A stretch of 64,000 bases of DNA from an uncultured Candidatus Entotheonella sp. (GTDB taxonomy: Bacteria > Tectomicrobia > Entotheonellia > Entotheonellales > Entotheonellaceae). The notes under the pieces were generated by a model that was given only the letters and a program-made list of their open reading frames with translations, had not been told where the DNA came from and did not search any database. The stretch spans positions 3,968,001 through 4,032,000 of the forward strand of contig OZ244252.1 of the NCBI GenBank assembly GCA_965217185.1, written 5' to 3'. This document shows, in pieces, positions 9,404-19,595 of this stretch (positions are counted from its first letter, which is position 1; each line of letters begins with the position of its first letter). The translations under genes were made by a program, and so were the position numbers.

Positions 9404-10899
9404 GAGCCACTTGCAAAACTCCGCTAGTTTGGCCTCGGAGCGGTTGTCATGAGACCGTACGGTGAATCATTTGCCGTCGGTGGTTCCAATTGCCACGAAT
9501 TCAGCCATGGCGGTGCCGAGTTCCGGCTCCCGTCTTGCGATGCGGACGCAACTCTCCCCCCTGCGTACAGGACAGCAGCGCGTGCCGGGATGGAGGAAAC
9601 GGGGCCGCGGGACCAGCTTCAGGTCACCAAGCGCATCAACTGATCAACCGTGAGCGCCACAATCCCGAACATCAGATGACACAGCACCTTGGCATGGCCG
9701 CGCACGCGCACGCTGCGACCTCCGAATTCATCCTTGAGGCGACCATTGACGCGCTCGACGGTCGAGCGTTCGTGGTAACGTCTCTCCTCAGACAGGACCA
9801 ACCCACAGGCACGCCGTGCCTGCCTCTCCTGCCGCAGCGCCTGCTTGCGCGCGCCGCTGCGGGGGTTGACGTCGATGATCGCAACATGACCCAGGGCGCG
9901 GCTGTGGGCGCGGATTTCCGGGGCATCGTAGGCGCTGTCCATCAGGTCATACAGGTTGCGGACTCGCTCCGCCGTCAGGGTCGCCAGCGGGATGGCGACT
10001 TGGCTGTCGTGCAGCGACGCCGAGGTAAGCAGGCAACTGACCGGGATGGCGCCGTCGGCCGCGTCAATATGCAACTTGTAGCCGCTCCATGACGTCTGAT
10101 AGCCCTTGGCGTCGCGCTTGACGCCAATGTCACAGGCGTACGGCAAGTCGGCGAGCATCTCCGGCAGGGTCATGTTGCGCTGGCGCTCCAGACGGCGCGG
10201 CTCCGTGGGGCGCTCCTCGCCCTTGCGCGGACGCCCGCGCCGCCGCTTCGGCTTGGCCGGCTGCGGCGCCTTCGGGGTCGGTCTCTCGCGCCCTTCAATC
10301 GCCGTCGAATCGCGTGAAATATGGCCTGCCAGACGCTCACCCTGGGTGCGTTTGATCAGCGCCTCGTGCAGGTGGCTCGGCAAGGCGCTGTCGGCAAATT
10401 CGGCAAAGGCACGTGAAAACGTCGCCTCGCTCGGAATGTGCTTGACGCTACGCCAGCCGCACAACCGGCGCAGGGTGCTGTCGTGGCGCAGACGATCAAG
10501 CAACATCCGGGTGCTAACCAGCGCGAAGACGGCCTTGGCGATGAAGGCGCGGGCTAAGGCCGCGCGGTCGCTTGGCGGACAGCCGCGACGCCGGTGCTGG
10601 TACGGCAGCAGCGTTTCCACCCGCACCCATTCGAGCACCATGACGAAGCGCTGATGGCGTTCCCCCAGCGCCCCGATCGTTTCCTCAAGCTGCGGGAACA
10701 GCAGCGCTTGAAAGCAAGACCAGTAACTCGATAGTATCTCACGTAAGGCCATTGGGGTCGTTCCTCCTGATTCGGTTGTTTGACAACTCAACAGAATCAG
10801 AAAGCGGCCCCAATGTCCACCAATCAGCCCCAGAGCCTGCCCCGTGCTTGACACGGAGAAAGAAAATCCCACTCGTACACGCAATTCTGCAAGTGGCTC
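9404..10899 (-). mobile_element. IS5/IS1182-like element with intact TIRs and CATG target duplication
   Basis: TIR GAGCCACTTGCA (9404-9415) / TGCAAGTGGCTC (10888-10899). CATG at 9400-9403 and 10900-10903. Confidence 0.88.
9619..10752 (-). CDS. DDE transposase (IS5/IS1182-like), apparently intact
   Basis: MALREILSSYW.., PSEATFSRAF, ISRDSTAI, GYKLHID, MDSAYD, RSTVERVNGRLKD. Confidence 0.88.
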   Translation of the reverse strand: MALREILSSYWSCFQALLFPQLEETIGALGERHQRFVMVLEWVRVETLLPYQHRRRGCPPSDRAALARAFIAKAVFALVSTRMLLDRLRHDSTLRRLCGWRSVKHIPSEATFSRAFAEFADSALPSHLHEALIKRTQGERLAGHISRDSTAIEGRERPTPKAPQPAKPKRRRGRPRKGEERPTEPRRLERQRNMTLPEMLADLPYACDIGVKRDAKGYQTSWSGYKLHIDAADGAIPVSCLLTSASLHDSQVAIPLATLTAERVRNLYDLMDSAYDAPEIRAHSRALGHVAIIDVNPRSGARKQALRQERQARRACGLVLSEERRYHERSTVERVNGRLKDEFGGRSVRVRGHAKVLCHLMFGIVALTVDQLMRLVT

Positions 10900-10903
10900 C
10901 ATG

Positions 10904-12190
10904 GGCATCTCGAAAAATGCCTCGTGGATAGTCATAGATGGCGAGAGTGGCAATTCGCTGGCATGTCGGTGAGAAAATGAACTCGGCTGTCCAGGGGGAC
11001 TGCCTCCCAGCAAGGAGGATTCGCCTTCCAATGAGGGCCTCCGGTGCAACCCTTCCGCACCGTTGGCGCTCAACTGGCGCTCGCAAGGCGTTGTAATTGA
11101 ATCAGGCGACGCATGTTGTAGGCAAGGTTCTTAAGACCTATCCGCGCCCTCGCCCGTACGAGCCCGATGCTGCGAACCAACGTCCCGCCCATGTCGTTTT
11201 GCTGCGCCCCGAAGACATGCTCTACCCGTGCTCGAAACCGTGAACGACTCTGGTTGCCCGCCTTCTCCCAATCACGCAACGGACGGTTGCGATAGCCCTT
11301 GCGATGAATCCGACTCCTCAAACCCCTGGCCTTCAGCGTCGCTTCAATGGCTTTGGACCGCTAGGCGCTGTCCGCCCAGACACCGCTTGCCGTGTTGTCC
11401 GACGTAAGCAACTCCTCAATCACTTGGCTGTCGTGCACCGCCGCATCCGTCACCCGGTAACGCCGTATCAGCTTGTGCCGACGGTCGATGGTGACGTGAT
11501 TCTTGTAGCCATAGTGGCTCTTGCCGTGCTTCTTCGTCCAGCGCGCATCCCTGTCCTTTTGTCGACGCTTGGCTGGCTTGTCGGCCCAGGCCTCAGGTGT
11601 CTCACCCCGTTTGATCTGCTCATTGTCGTCACGACGATTGCGTTGCATGGGAACCGCGACAATCGAAGCATCGATGATCTGGCCACCCATCGCCTGGTAG
11701 CCCTGGCTTTTCAGGTAGCCGTCGAAATCCTCGAACAAGGCATCGATGAGGCCGGCCTGTGACAACTGTTCGCGGTAGAGCCACACCGTCTTGGCATCGG
11801 GCACCTTGTCTTCGAGTGTCAAGGCCAAGAAGCGCACAAAGGACAGGCGGTCGCGCATCTGATACTCGACCTGGTCGTCCGACAGATTGTAGAGGGCGCA
11901 CAAAATGATGGCCTTGAACATGACGATGGCATCCCACGGCTTGCACCCCGCATTGGACTTACGCTTGTCGGCTGGCTTGCGCCAGACTCTCTCCAGGCGG
12001 CTGCGGAACGCTTCCCACGGAACGGCAGCGTTGACCTTCACCAGGGGATCGTTTTTGGCGTCCAGAGCGGCGTAGCGATTCTCGATATCGAAAAAGCCCA
12101 TCTGAGCCATGTTTCACTCCTCCGGCCTTGTTGGTTGACGTGTTTCAGTGATTCTAAACCACGTGGGAGATGGGTATTATTAGAGATGCC
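10904..12190 (-). mobile_element. IS5-family element, copy 2 (transposase 12110..11070 with a nonsense codon)
   Basis: Close paralog of copy 1. TAC>TAG at 11361-11363 (WADSA*R). TIRs GGCATCTCGAAAAAT / ATTATTAGAGATGCC. Confidence 0.9.
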
Positions 12191-12195
12191 CTTAG

Positions 12196-13542
12196 CTCGA
12201 CTTTGTACGAATTTGGTCAAGTCAGTGCGTGTAACAGGCCGATTGCATCAAGCCCTGCAGATAGACCCGAGGGATTTCTACCCACTCGGTATCGGGCGTT
12301 GATGTTGAAAAATACTCGACCTTCCACAGGTGCTGCCGTACCGCTGCCAAAGCGTCGCTGAACGTCGCCTGCTCCTTGGCATACCAAGCACTCTGTCGCA
12401 CCGCCAAGCGACCGTCCAGATACAGGCCATGAGCCAGCAGCGCCACCAGCGAATACAAGCTCAGCAGACACGGCGTGGTCCGTTCAATCGCCAGGTCAGA
12501 CCACTGACGCTGGGTCTCAAAGCCCAAGTGGGCACGGCTCTCTTCGAAGGTCGTCTCAATGCTCCAGCGCTTGATGAAACACGCCACGACATCGCCTGCC
12601 CGGTCACTGGGACACGTCGAGAAGAAGGCCCGTGGTGGGCACTGAGCGTCACAGGGACGTACCAGGACCCACCGGAGCGGCAGCACCGGCTGGCCGCTGC
12701 GGTACCACAGGGCAGTCCCGCTACTGACCTGCAAGCGTCGCACGCGGCCATCGTACCAGCGCACACGCAGAGACTGCCAAGGGGTTGCCGCATCGCGCAG
12801 GCGCTCGACCAAGCTGGGTAATCGCTTGCCCTTGCGACGGGGTCGCCCCCGCGTGCCCGGCTGGCGAGGCGGCGGCGCTTCATGGAGAACCGCATCGAGG
12901 CGCAAGGGGGCAATCAGGCGCACCTCACACTGCCGGCAGGCATGCCCGAGCTCGACGACACTGTAGGATTAATCCCCAAGCACGGTGATGGCGACTTGCG
13001 GCAGCCTCCACAACGTACCACCCGAATCATCTGGCGTGCCCACTGGGCGACGGTCTTGTGTCTCAGCCCCAGGCGCTCACTGACTTGTGGCGTTGGCGCC
13101 GGCACGCTCAAGATAGGTAAAGCCCAACAACGGTTGTTCCAGGGTGGCGTGACAACCAGGGTCAGCACGATCCAGCGAAGGCCACTGGTGCTGACGGTGC
13201 GCTTGCGGCTGGAAGCCAGCGACTGCCTTTGAGAGCGGACCAGCGAGCACGATTGAACACCTGATGGTAGAGACTGAACGACGGGGTATCGCCCTGCCCC
13301 GTGTGTCGCAGGGCCGCGGTGACGGTGCGTCGTCCGTGGGCCAACAGGGTTCCGACGAGCAGGCGTTGGGCTTTGCGCCAAGTGGGTGCGCTAAAGAGAC
13401 TTTGAAAGGGTGCCAGGAGGGTGCTAGGGTGTGCTGAAGGGGACATTGCTGACCTCACTGCAAGATGGTTGGCGTGGAACCTACCATCCTACAATACGGC
13501 AGCGATGTCCCTGGAGCCCTCCTCATTTTGTACAAAGTCGAG
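12196..13542 (-). mobile_element. IS701-like (DDE_5) element with a multiply frameshifted transposase
   Basis: TIR CTCGACTTTGTAC / GTACAAAGTCGAG, with flanking direct repeat CTTAG on both sides. Fragments FSAPTWRKAQRLLVG, RCWALPILSV and RWSIETTFEESRAHLG. Confidence 0.85.
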
Positions 13543-13584
13543 CTTAGGGGAGGGGGTGACAGCGATGCTACCCCCTTACCCGAC
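13543..13584 (+). mobile_element. Group II intron domain VI remnant
   Basis: CTTAGGGGAGGGGGTGACAGCGATGCTACCCCCTTACCCGAC is closely similar to the DVI at 6397-6436. Confidence 0.8.
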
Positions 13585-14659
13585 CAGTTCCTATCACGAA
13601 CGTACGTTTGCGCGGTGGTATGGACGCCCGTTTGACTTTGTCGCACTCAACAAAGCAGCGATTACCCAGGTGATTGCGCCCGACCATCAGCAGGCCCTCG
13701 TTATCGACGCCAGCTTTATCCCCAAAAGTGGCACCCACACCTATGGTCTTGAACGCTTCTGGAACAGCCGCCAGCGGCGCAGTGAAAAAGGTCTGGAAGT
13801 CTCTGCTGTAGCCTGGCTCGACATCACCGACAGATGCGCCTATGGCCTCAGTGTCGAGCAGACACCCCCAAGCGACAAGACCTCGGAGCCACAAGGCACA
13901 CGCATCGATGCCTATCTGGAGCAATTGCAGCGTGTGGTCTGTGACCATCACCTGGGTCATCTACGCTATGTGATAGCGGATGGCTATTACAGCAAACGTA
14001 AATTCCTCGATGGGGTTCGCGCCCTCGGACTGCATCAGATTGGCAAACTGCGCCGTGACGCCAATCTGCGCTATCTCTACCAAGGACTGGGACACCCAGG
14101 ACCCGGGCGTCCCAAGACCTATGACGGCAAGGTCCAGTGGGACGACCTGTCACGCTTTGAATGGGTGCAGAGTGAAGACGACGACGTGGTGCTCTACCAT
14201 CAAGTCCTCAACCACGTTCATCTTCGGCGCAATCTGCGTGTCGTGCTCGTCGTGGATACCCGCACCCAGCGGCGGGCGGTGCTGTTCAGCACCGATACCG
14301 ACTTGGATGCGCAGACGCTTTATCGTGGGTACAAAGCGCGCTTCCAGATCGAGTTTCTCTTCAGAGACGCCAAGCAGTTTACGTCTCTGAATGCCTGTCA
14401 AGCGCGCTCCCAAGCCAAGCTGCATTTTCACTTCAATGCCAGTATGAGTGCTCTGACCCTGGGCAAGCTGGAAGCGCGACAGCAAAGCGGCGGTGCCCAG
14501 GCAGGGTTTTCCATGGCGAGTCTCAAACGGCGCGCCTTCAACCAACATCTGCTGGAGCGAATTTCTCGGCATTTAGCCCACGGGCATAGCCTGGAAAAAT
14601 CCAGCCCCGATTACCAAGACCTTTGTAACTATGGCACGATCACTGACAGGGCGGCTTGA
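13585..14659 (+). pseudogene. 5'-truncated DDE transposase (IS4/IS701-like), interrupted by the intron
   Basis: ALVIDASFIPKSG, IADGYYSK, LRRDANLRY, YKARFQIEFLFRDAKQFT. Transposase-like sequence starts right after the intron 3' end. Confidence 0.8.
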
Positions 14660-14689
14660 GGACTGTCCGAAGGACTCCTAAAGAGAACT

Positions 14690-17205
14690 ATGGAGAAGAG
14701 GAAAACGAGACTGACACGCCGTGAGCAATCGGCGACAGCGCGAGCTTCCTTGCCGCAGGCGGGAGCGGCTGAGGAGGTCGAGGCTGGGTTCTTCAACGCG
14801 CTTCCGGGCCGCGCGCGCTGGTCGTTCTTGCCCTCCTGGTCGTCGTCAGCTACTTTCCCGCGCTCTCGGGCGGCTTCGTCTGGGACGATGTGATCTTTGC
14901 CGAAGAGCCGGTGGTTCATGCAGCCTCCGGCCTCTGGAACATCTGGTTCTCGCCGTCTGACATCAAGAACGAAGGGCACTACTGGCCGCTCGTGTACACC
15001 AGCTTCTGGCTGGAGCACAAGCTGTGGGGCCTGGCGCCGGCCGGCTATCACGCCGTCAACGTCCTGCTGCACCTGATCAACGTTCTGCTGCTGTGGCGCC
15101 TGCTGTTGCAACTGGCGGTGCCGGGCGCCTTGGTCATAGCGGCGGTGTTCGCGGTACATCCGCTGCACGTCGAGTCGGTGGCTTGGATCATTGAGCGCAA
15201 GGACGTGCTGTCGGCGCTGTTTTACCTGACCGCGGTGTTGGCCTGGATCCGCTTCACGGAGGCGCCGCGGCCGCGCGGCTACGCGTTGGCGCTGGTACTG
15301 TTCACGGCGGGGTTGTTGAGCAAGTCGGTGGTGGTGACGCTGCCGGTGGCGCTGCTGATCTGGCACTGGTGGCAGCACGGCCGGGTGACGCGGACCGATC
15401 TGCTGCGGCTGGCGCCGTTCTTTGCGGTCGCGGCGGGCATCACCGCTGCTGATCTGTCGTTCTACACGTCGCGGGAGGCGCTGGAATTGGGCTACTCGCT
15501 GCCGGAGCGGGTGCTGATCGCGGCGCGGGCATTGTGGTTCTATGTGGGCAAGCTGTTGTGGCCAACGGAACTGGCGGTGATCTACCCGCTGTGGGAGATC
15601 GACACCGGCAATCTGCTGGCCTGGGGCTACGTTGCCAGCGCCACGGCGCTGGCGGCCGTGCTGTGGCTGGGGCGTCGCCGGCTCGGTCGAGGCCCGTTGG
15701 CCGGGGCGCTGTTCTTCGCGGTCACACTGGCGCCGGTGCTGGGATTTGTGGACTACGGCTACATGCAGTTCTCGTTCGTTGCCGACCGCTTTCAGTACTT
15801 GGCCGGGATTGGCGTGCTGGCGGTGCTGATCGGCGCCGCCGCCCACGGCGCGGCCAAGCTGCCCGGCGGCCTGCGGCTGGGTGCCTGCGGTCTCGCGGTG
15901 GCCGTCGTGGGGCTGCTCGGCATGCTGACGTGGCGCCAGGCGGGTATCTACCAGGACGAAGTTACCTTCTTCAGCCACATCGTGGCGCTCAATCCCGCGG
16001 CGCGCGACGCGCACCTCAATCTCGGCAGTGCGTTGTTCGAAACAGACCGGTTCGAGGAGGGGCTGGCTGCCAGTTGCATCGCCGTGGCGCAACGGCCTGA
16101 TTCTGCCAAGGCGCTGGCCAACGTCGGCCGCGCCCTCATCAAGCTGCTCCAGCTTGATGAGGGCGCGACGCACCTCCTCCGTGCCCGGCAACTCGATCCG
16201 CGCAGCATGACGGCGCATCAGAATCTGGCTGAGGTGTTCCGCAAACAGGGGCGCTACGCGGAAGCGGTGGCATCGTACCGGGTGGTATTGGAGATCGAGG
16301 CCGGGTACGCGCTGGCCTATGCCGGCATGGGCATGGCGCTGTTCGGGGCGCAGCGCTACGACGAGGCGCTGGAGGCAATGGATCAGGCGCTGTTCCTGCA
16401 GCCGGAGTTGCCGACTGCGGGTGCTCTGCAACTCCACATGGGCCGCGCTGCACGCGAGTTGGGGCGGCTCGATGCGGCGGCGGAACACTTGCGGCGCGCC
16501 ATGGAGAGCGAACCGCGCAACGTGGAGCCTCTGTTCGACCTGGCCAAGGTGCGAGCCCTGCAGCAGCGTTATGAGGAAGCCGACCAACTCCTGCAACGCG
16601 CGCGACAACTGCGGCCGCGCGATCTGGCGACGCTCCACAATGTGGCCGAGGCACTGCGAAATCAGGGCCGCTACGAGGAAGCGGTCGCGACCTACCGCGC
16701 GGTGCTTGAGATCGACGCCGAATTTGCGCCGGCCTATGCCGGAATGGGCATCGCGCTGTTCCAGTGGGAGCGCTACGAGGAAGCGATCGCGGCACTGAAG
16801 CAGGCGGTTGCCCTGCAGCCTGAGCTGCTGGTGAAGGGGTCTTCGCTGCATGTCTTCCTGGGCCGGGCGTCACAGGAACTGGGACGGCCCGAGGCGGCCG
16901 CCGACTATTATGAGCGAGCCGTGCAACGCCACCCGCGCGATCGGGAGGCACTCGATCACCTTGCCATGGCGTGGTTCGGACAGCAGCGGTACGAAGAGGC
17001 GCTTGAGTTGTACCGGAGGCTGGTCGAGATCGATCCCGACAGCGCACAAACCCACTCCAACCTGGGTGCCACCTTGTACCACCTGGGCCGGTTCGACGAG
17101 GCACGCCGCAGCATCGAGCGTGCCCTCGCGCTGGACCCCGGCCTGGAAACCGCCCGCATTGGCCTGGAACAGGTGCGCGGGGCGCTGCGGCAGGGTGGAC
17201 AGTAG
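14690..17205 (+). CDS. TMTC-like GT-C membrane glycosyltransferase with a C-terminal TPR array, apparent frameshift near 14810
   Basis: GGFVWDD, YWPLVYTSFWLE, FAVHPLHVESVAWIIERKDVL, VADRFQYL, then ~10 TPRs. ATG 14690 is out of frame with the body, whose frame is closed by TGA at 14770. Confidence 0.82.
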
Positions 17206-17482
17206 CTTTTCGCAACGTACGGCGGTATTAGAGCGGTTTCCGCATGGCGATATGGCAAGCCCGGCGTTGATGTGGCAGCCCCGTAGCCTTCCAGGGTGGC
17301 GCGACTTTTAGCCCGCGCGGAGGGCCGGACCGCCCTCCGTGGGCAGACAGGAATGTCTGCCTCGCCCTGTCGGCGAAAACCAGACATACGAACGCAAAGC
17401 ACTCCAAGAGATGACGAGGCGCAAGCGGTTTGCCCCCCGGATAACGCCATATGCGCTTACCCTGAGACGGCAGCCGCCGTTA

Positions 17483-17512
17483 TTGACACCCCCAAACAGC
17501 CTCTGATAACAT
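17483..17512 (+). promoter_or_regulatory. Probable sigma70 promoter of the nuo cluster
   Basis: TTGACA, 18-nt spacer, TAACAT with an extended -10 TG. Confidence 0.5.
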
Positions 17513-17640
17513 TCGCACCCAACACGCGGTCCAACCATCCTGCTGGATGACTACCCCGCAAGACACGCTTCTTTCGTACCTCACGCCTCTCAATTCGACG
17601 TACACGCCGGGTCGTTGCTCGGCAGTTTCGCGGGGAGCAA

Positions 17641-19545
17641 ATGATGCTCGACAGCGCCTGGCTGGTGCCGCTTTGCCCATTGGCGGGCGCCGTGCTGAAT
17701 GGCTTCTTCGGCAGGCGGTATCGCCACGAAACCGTGGGCCAGATAGCCATCGCCGCCGTCGGGCTGTCCTTCCTCTTTTCCCTGGCAACCACCATCGCCT
17801 TGATTGCCCGACCGGAACCCCTGCACCACGTCACCTACTTCATCTGGATCGCCTCCGGGCCGTACAGCGCCTCGGTGGGCCTGCTGATCGACGGCCTCTC
17901 CTGCACCATGATGCTGGTGGTCAGCGGCGTCGGCCTGCTGGTGCACGTGTATTCCACCGCCTACATGCACGACGACGAGGACCAGGGGCGCTACTTCACC
18001 TACCTGAACCTGTTCGTCGGCGCCATGCTCATCCTGGTGATGGCGGACAATTACCTGCTGATGTTCGTCGGCTGGGAAGGCGTGGGGCTGTGCTCCTACC
18101 TGCTGATCGGCTTCTGGTACACGCGGCAGAGCGCCAGCGACGCCGGCAAGAAGGCCTTCGTGGTCAACAGGGTAGGGGACGTCGGCTTCATTCTGGCGGT
18201 CCTGCTGCTGTTCGTCACCTTCCACAGCGTCGATTTCCTCGACGTGCAGCACCAACTCGAAACCTTTCAGCCAAGCCGGCCCACGGCGGTGCTGACGGCC
18301 ATTGCGCTGCTGTTGTTCATGGGCGCCGTCGGCAAATCGGCGCAGTTGCCGCTGCACGTCTGGCTGCCGGACGCCATGGAGGGTCCGACGCCGGTCAGCG
18401 CGCTGATCCACGCGGCGACGATGGTCACCGCCGGGGTGTACATGATGGCGCGCTCGGCGCTGCTGTACGACATGGCGCCGATGGCCCTGGAAGTGGTAGC
18501 CGTGGTGGGCGTGCTCACGGCGTTGTTTGCGGCGTCCATGGCGCTGGTAGCCACGGACATCAAGCGGGTGCTGGCGTATTCGACGGTCAGCCAACTGGGG
18601 TTCATGGTCTTCGCGCTTGGCGTCGGCGCCTACGCGGCGGCGATTTTTCACTTGGTGACCCATGCCTTTTTCAAAGCGCTGCTGTTCCTGGGCGCCGGCA
18701 GCGTCATTCACGCCCTGGGCGGCGAGCAGGACATGCGGCGCATGGGCGGCCTGCGGCAGGCGTTGCCGACCACGCACTGGACCATGGCCACGGCCACCCT
18801 GGCGATTGCCGGCATTTTCCCCTTTGCCGGGTTCTGGAGTAAGGACGAGATTTTGGCCAGCGCCATGAAGGCCGACGGCGTGGGCTGGCTGGGATGGATT
18901 GCGGCGTCGGTGGCGGCGTTCATGACGGCGTTCTACATGTTCCGGCTGCTGTACATGACCTTCTACGGCGACTCGCGGGCCGAGCCGGACGTGGCGGCGC
19001 ACGTGCACGAGGCGCCCGGCGCCATGCGCGTGCCGCTGATGCTGCTGGCCCTGCTTTCCGCCCTGGGCGGCGTGGTGCTCGGCTTTCCGCCCGAGCACGG
19101 CATGCTGCACCGCTGGTTGGAGCCGGTATTCGAGGCGGCGGCGCACCCGCATGTCTTTTCTTTTGTGGATATTCTATTGATGGTGGTATCGCTGGCCGTC
19201 GCTGCGGCGGGCTGGCGTCTGGCGTATCGCTTCTACGTGCGCGAGCCGCAACTCCCGGAGCAGTGGCGGGCACGTTGGCAGGCGACGTATGACCTGCTGG
19301 TCAATACTTGGTACGTGGACGAACTCTACGCCCGCGTGTTCGTAAGGCCGATCTACCGGCTGTCGAACAACGGATTGTGGCGGGCCTTCGACATCGGCTT
19401 CATCGACCGCATCGTGAATGGCATTGGGCGCATCGTGCGCCTGGACGGCGAGTTTCTGAGCACCCTGCAAACCGGCTACGCCCGCACCTATGCCCTGACG
19501 CTGGTGGTGGGTGCCATCGTCGTGTTCTGGGGGCTCGCACAGTAG
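17641..19545 (+). CDS. nuoL: NADH-quinone oxidoreductase subunit L (copy 1)
   Basis: GWEGVGLCSYLLIGFW, GKSAQLPLHVWLPDAMEGPTPVSALIHAATMV, THAFFKALLF. Confidence 0.96.
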   Translation: MMLDSAWLVPLCPLAGAVLNGFFGRRYRHETVGQIAIAAVGLSFLFSLATTIALIARPEPLHHVTYFIWIASGPYSASVGLLIDGLSCTMMLVVSGVGLLVHVYSTAYMHDDEDQGRYFTYLNLFVGAMLILVMADNYLLMFVGWEGVGLCSYLLIGFWYTRQSASDAGKKAFVVNRVGDVGFILAVLLLFVTFHSVDFLDVQHQLETFQPSRPTAVLTAIALLLFMGAVGKSAQLPLHVWLPDAMEGPTPVSALIHAATMVTAGVYMMARSALLYDMAPMALEVVAVVGVLTALFAASMALVATDIKRVLAYSTVSQLGFMVFALGVGAYAAAIFHLVTHAFFKALLFLGAGSVIHALGGEQDMRRMGGLRQALPTTHWTMATATLAIAGIFPFAGFWSKDEILASAMKADGVGWLGWIAASVAAFMTAFYMFRLLYMTFYGDSRAEPDVAAHVHEAPGAMRVPLMLLALLSALGGVVLGFPPEHGMLHRWLEPVFEAAAHPHVFSFVDILLMVVSLAVAAAGWRLAYRFYVREPQLPEQWRARWQATYDLLVNTWYVDELYARVFVRPIYRLSNNGLWRAFDIGFIDRIVNGIGRIVRLDGEFLSTLQTGYARTYALTLVVGAIVVFWGLAQ

Positions 19546-19595
19546 GTCGGATTGTCGCTGTGCTATTCGGCATTTCACCCTATTAAGGTTTCTGT

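Noticed and set aside
10753..11073. Extended N-terminus of ORF 9619..11073
   Set aside because: It crosses the element's TIR into the neighbouring IS5. The real start is ATG 10752.
13421..13584. N-terminus of the 412-aa transposase ORF
   Set aside because: This part is read-through of the IS701-like end and the intron DVI, not genuine coding sequence.
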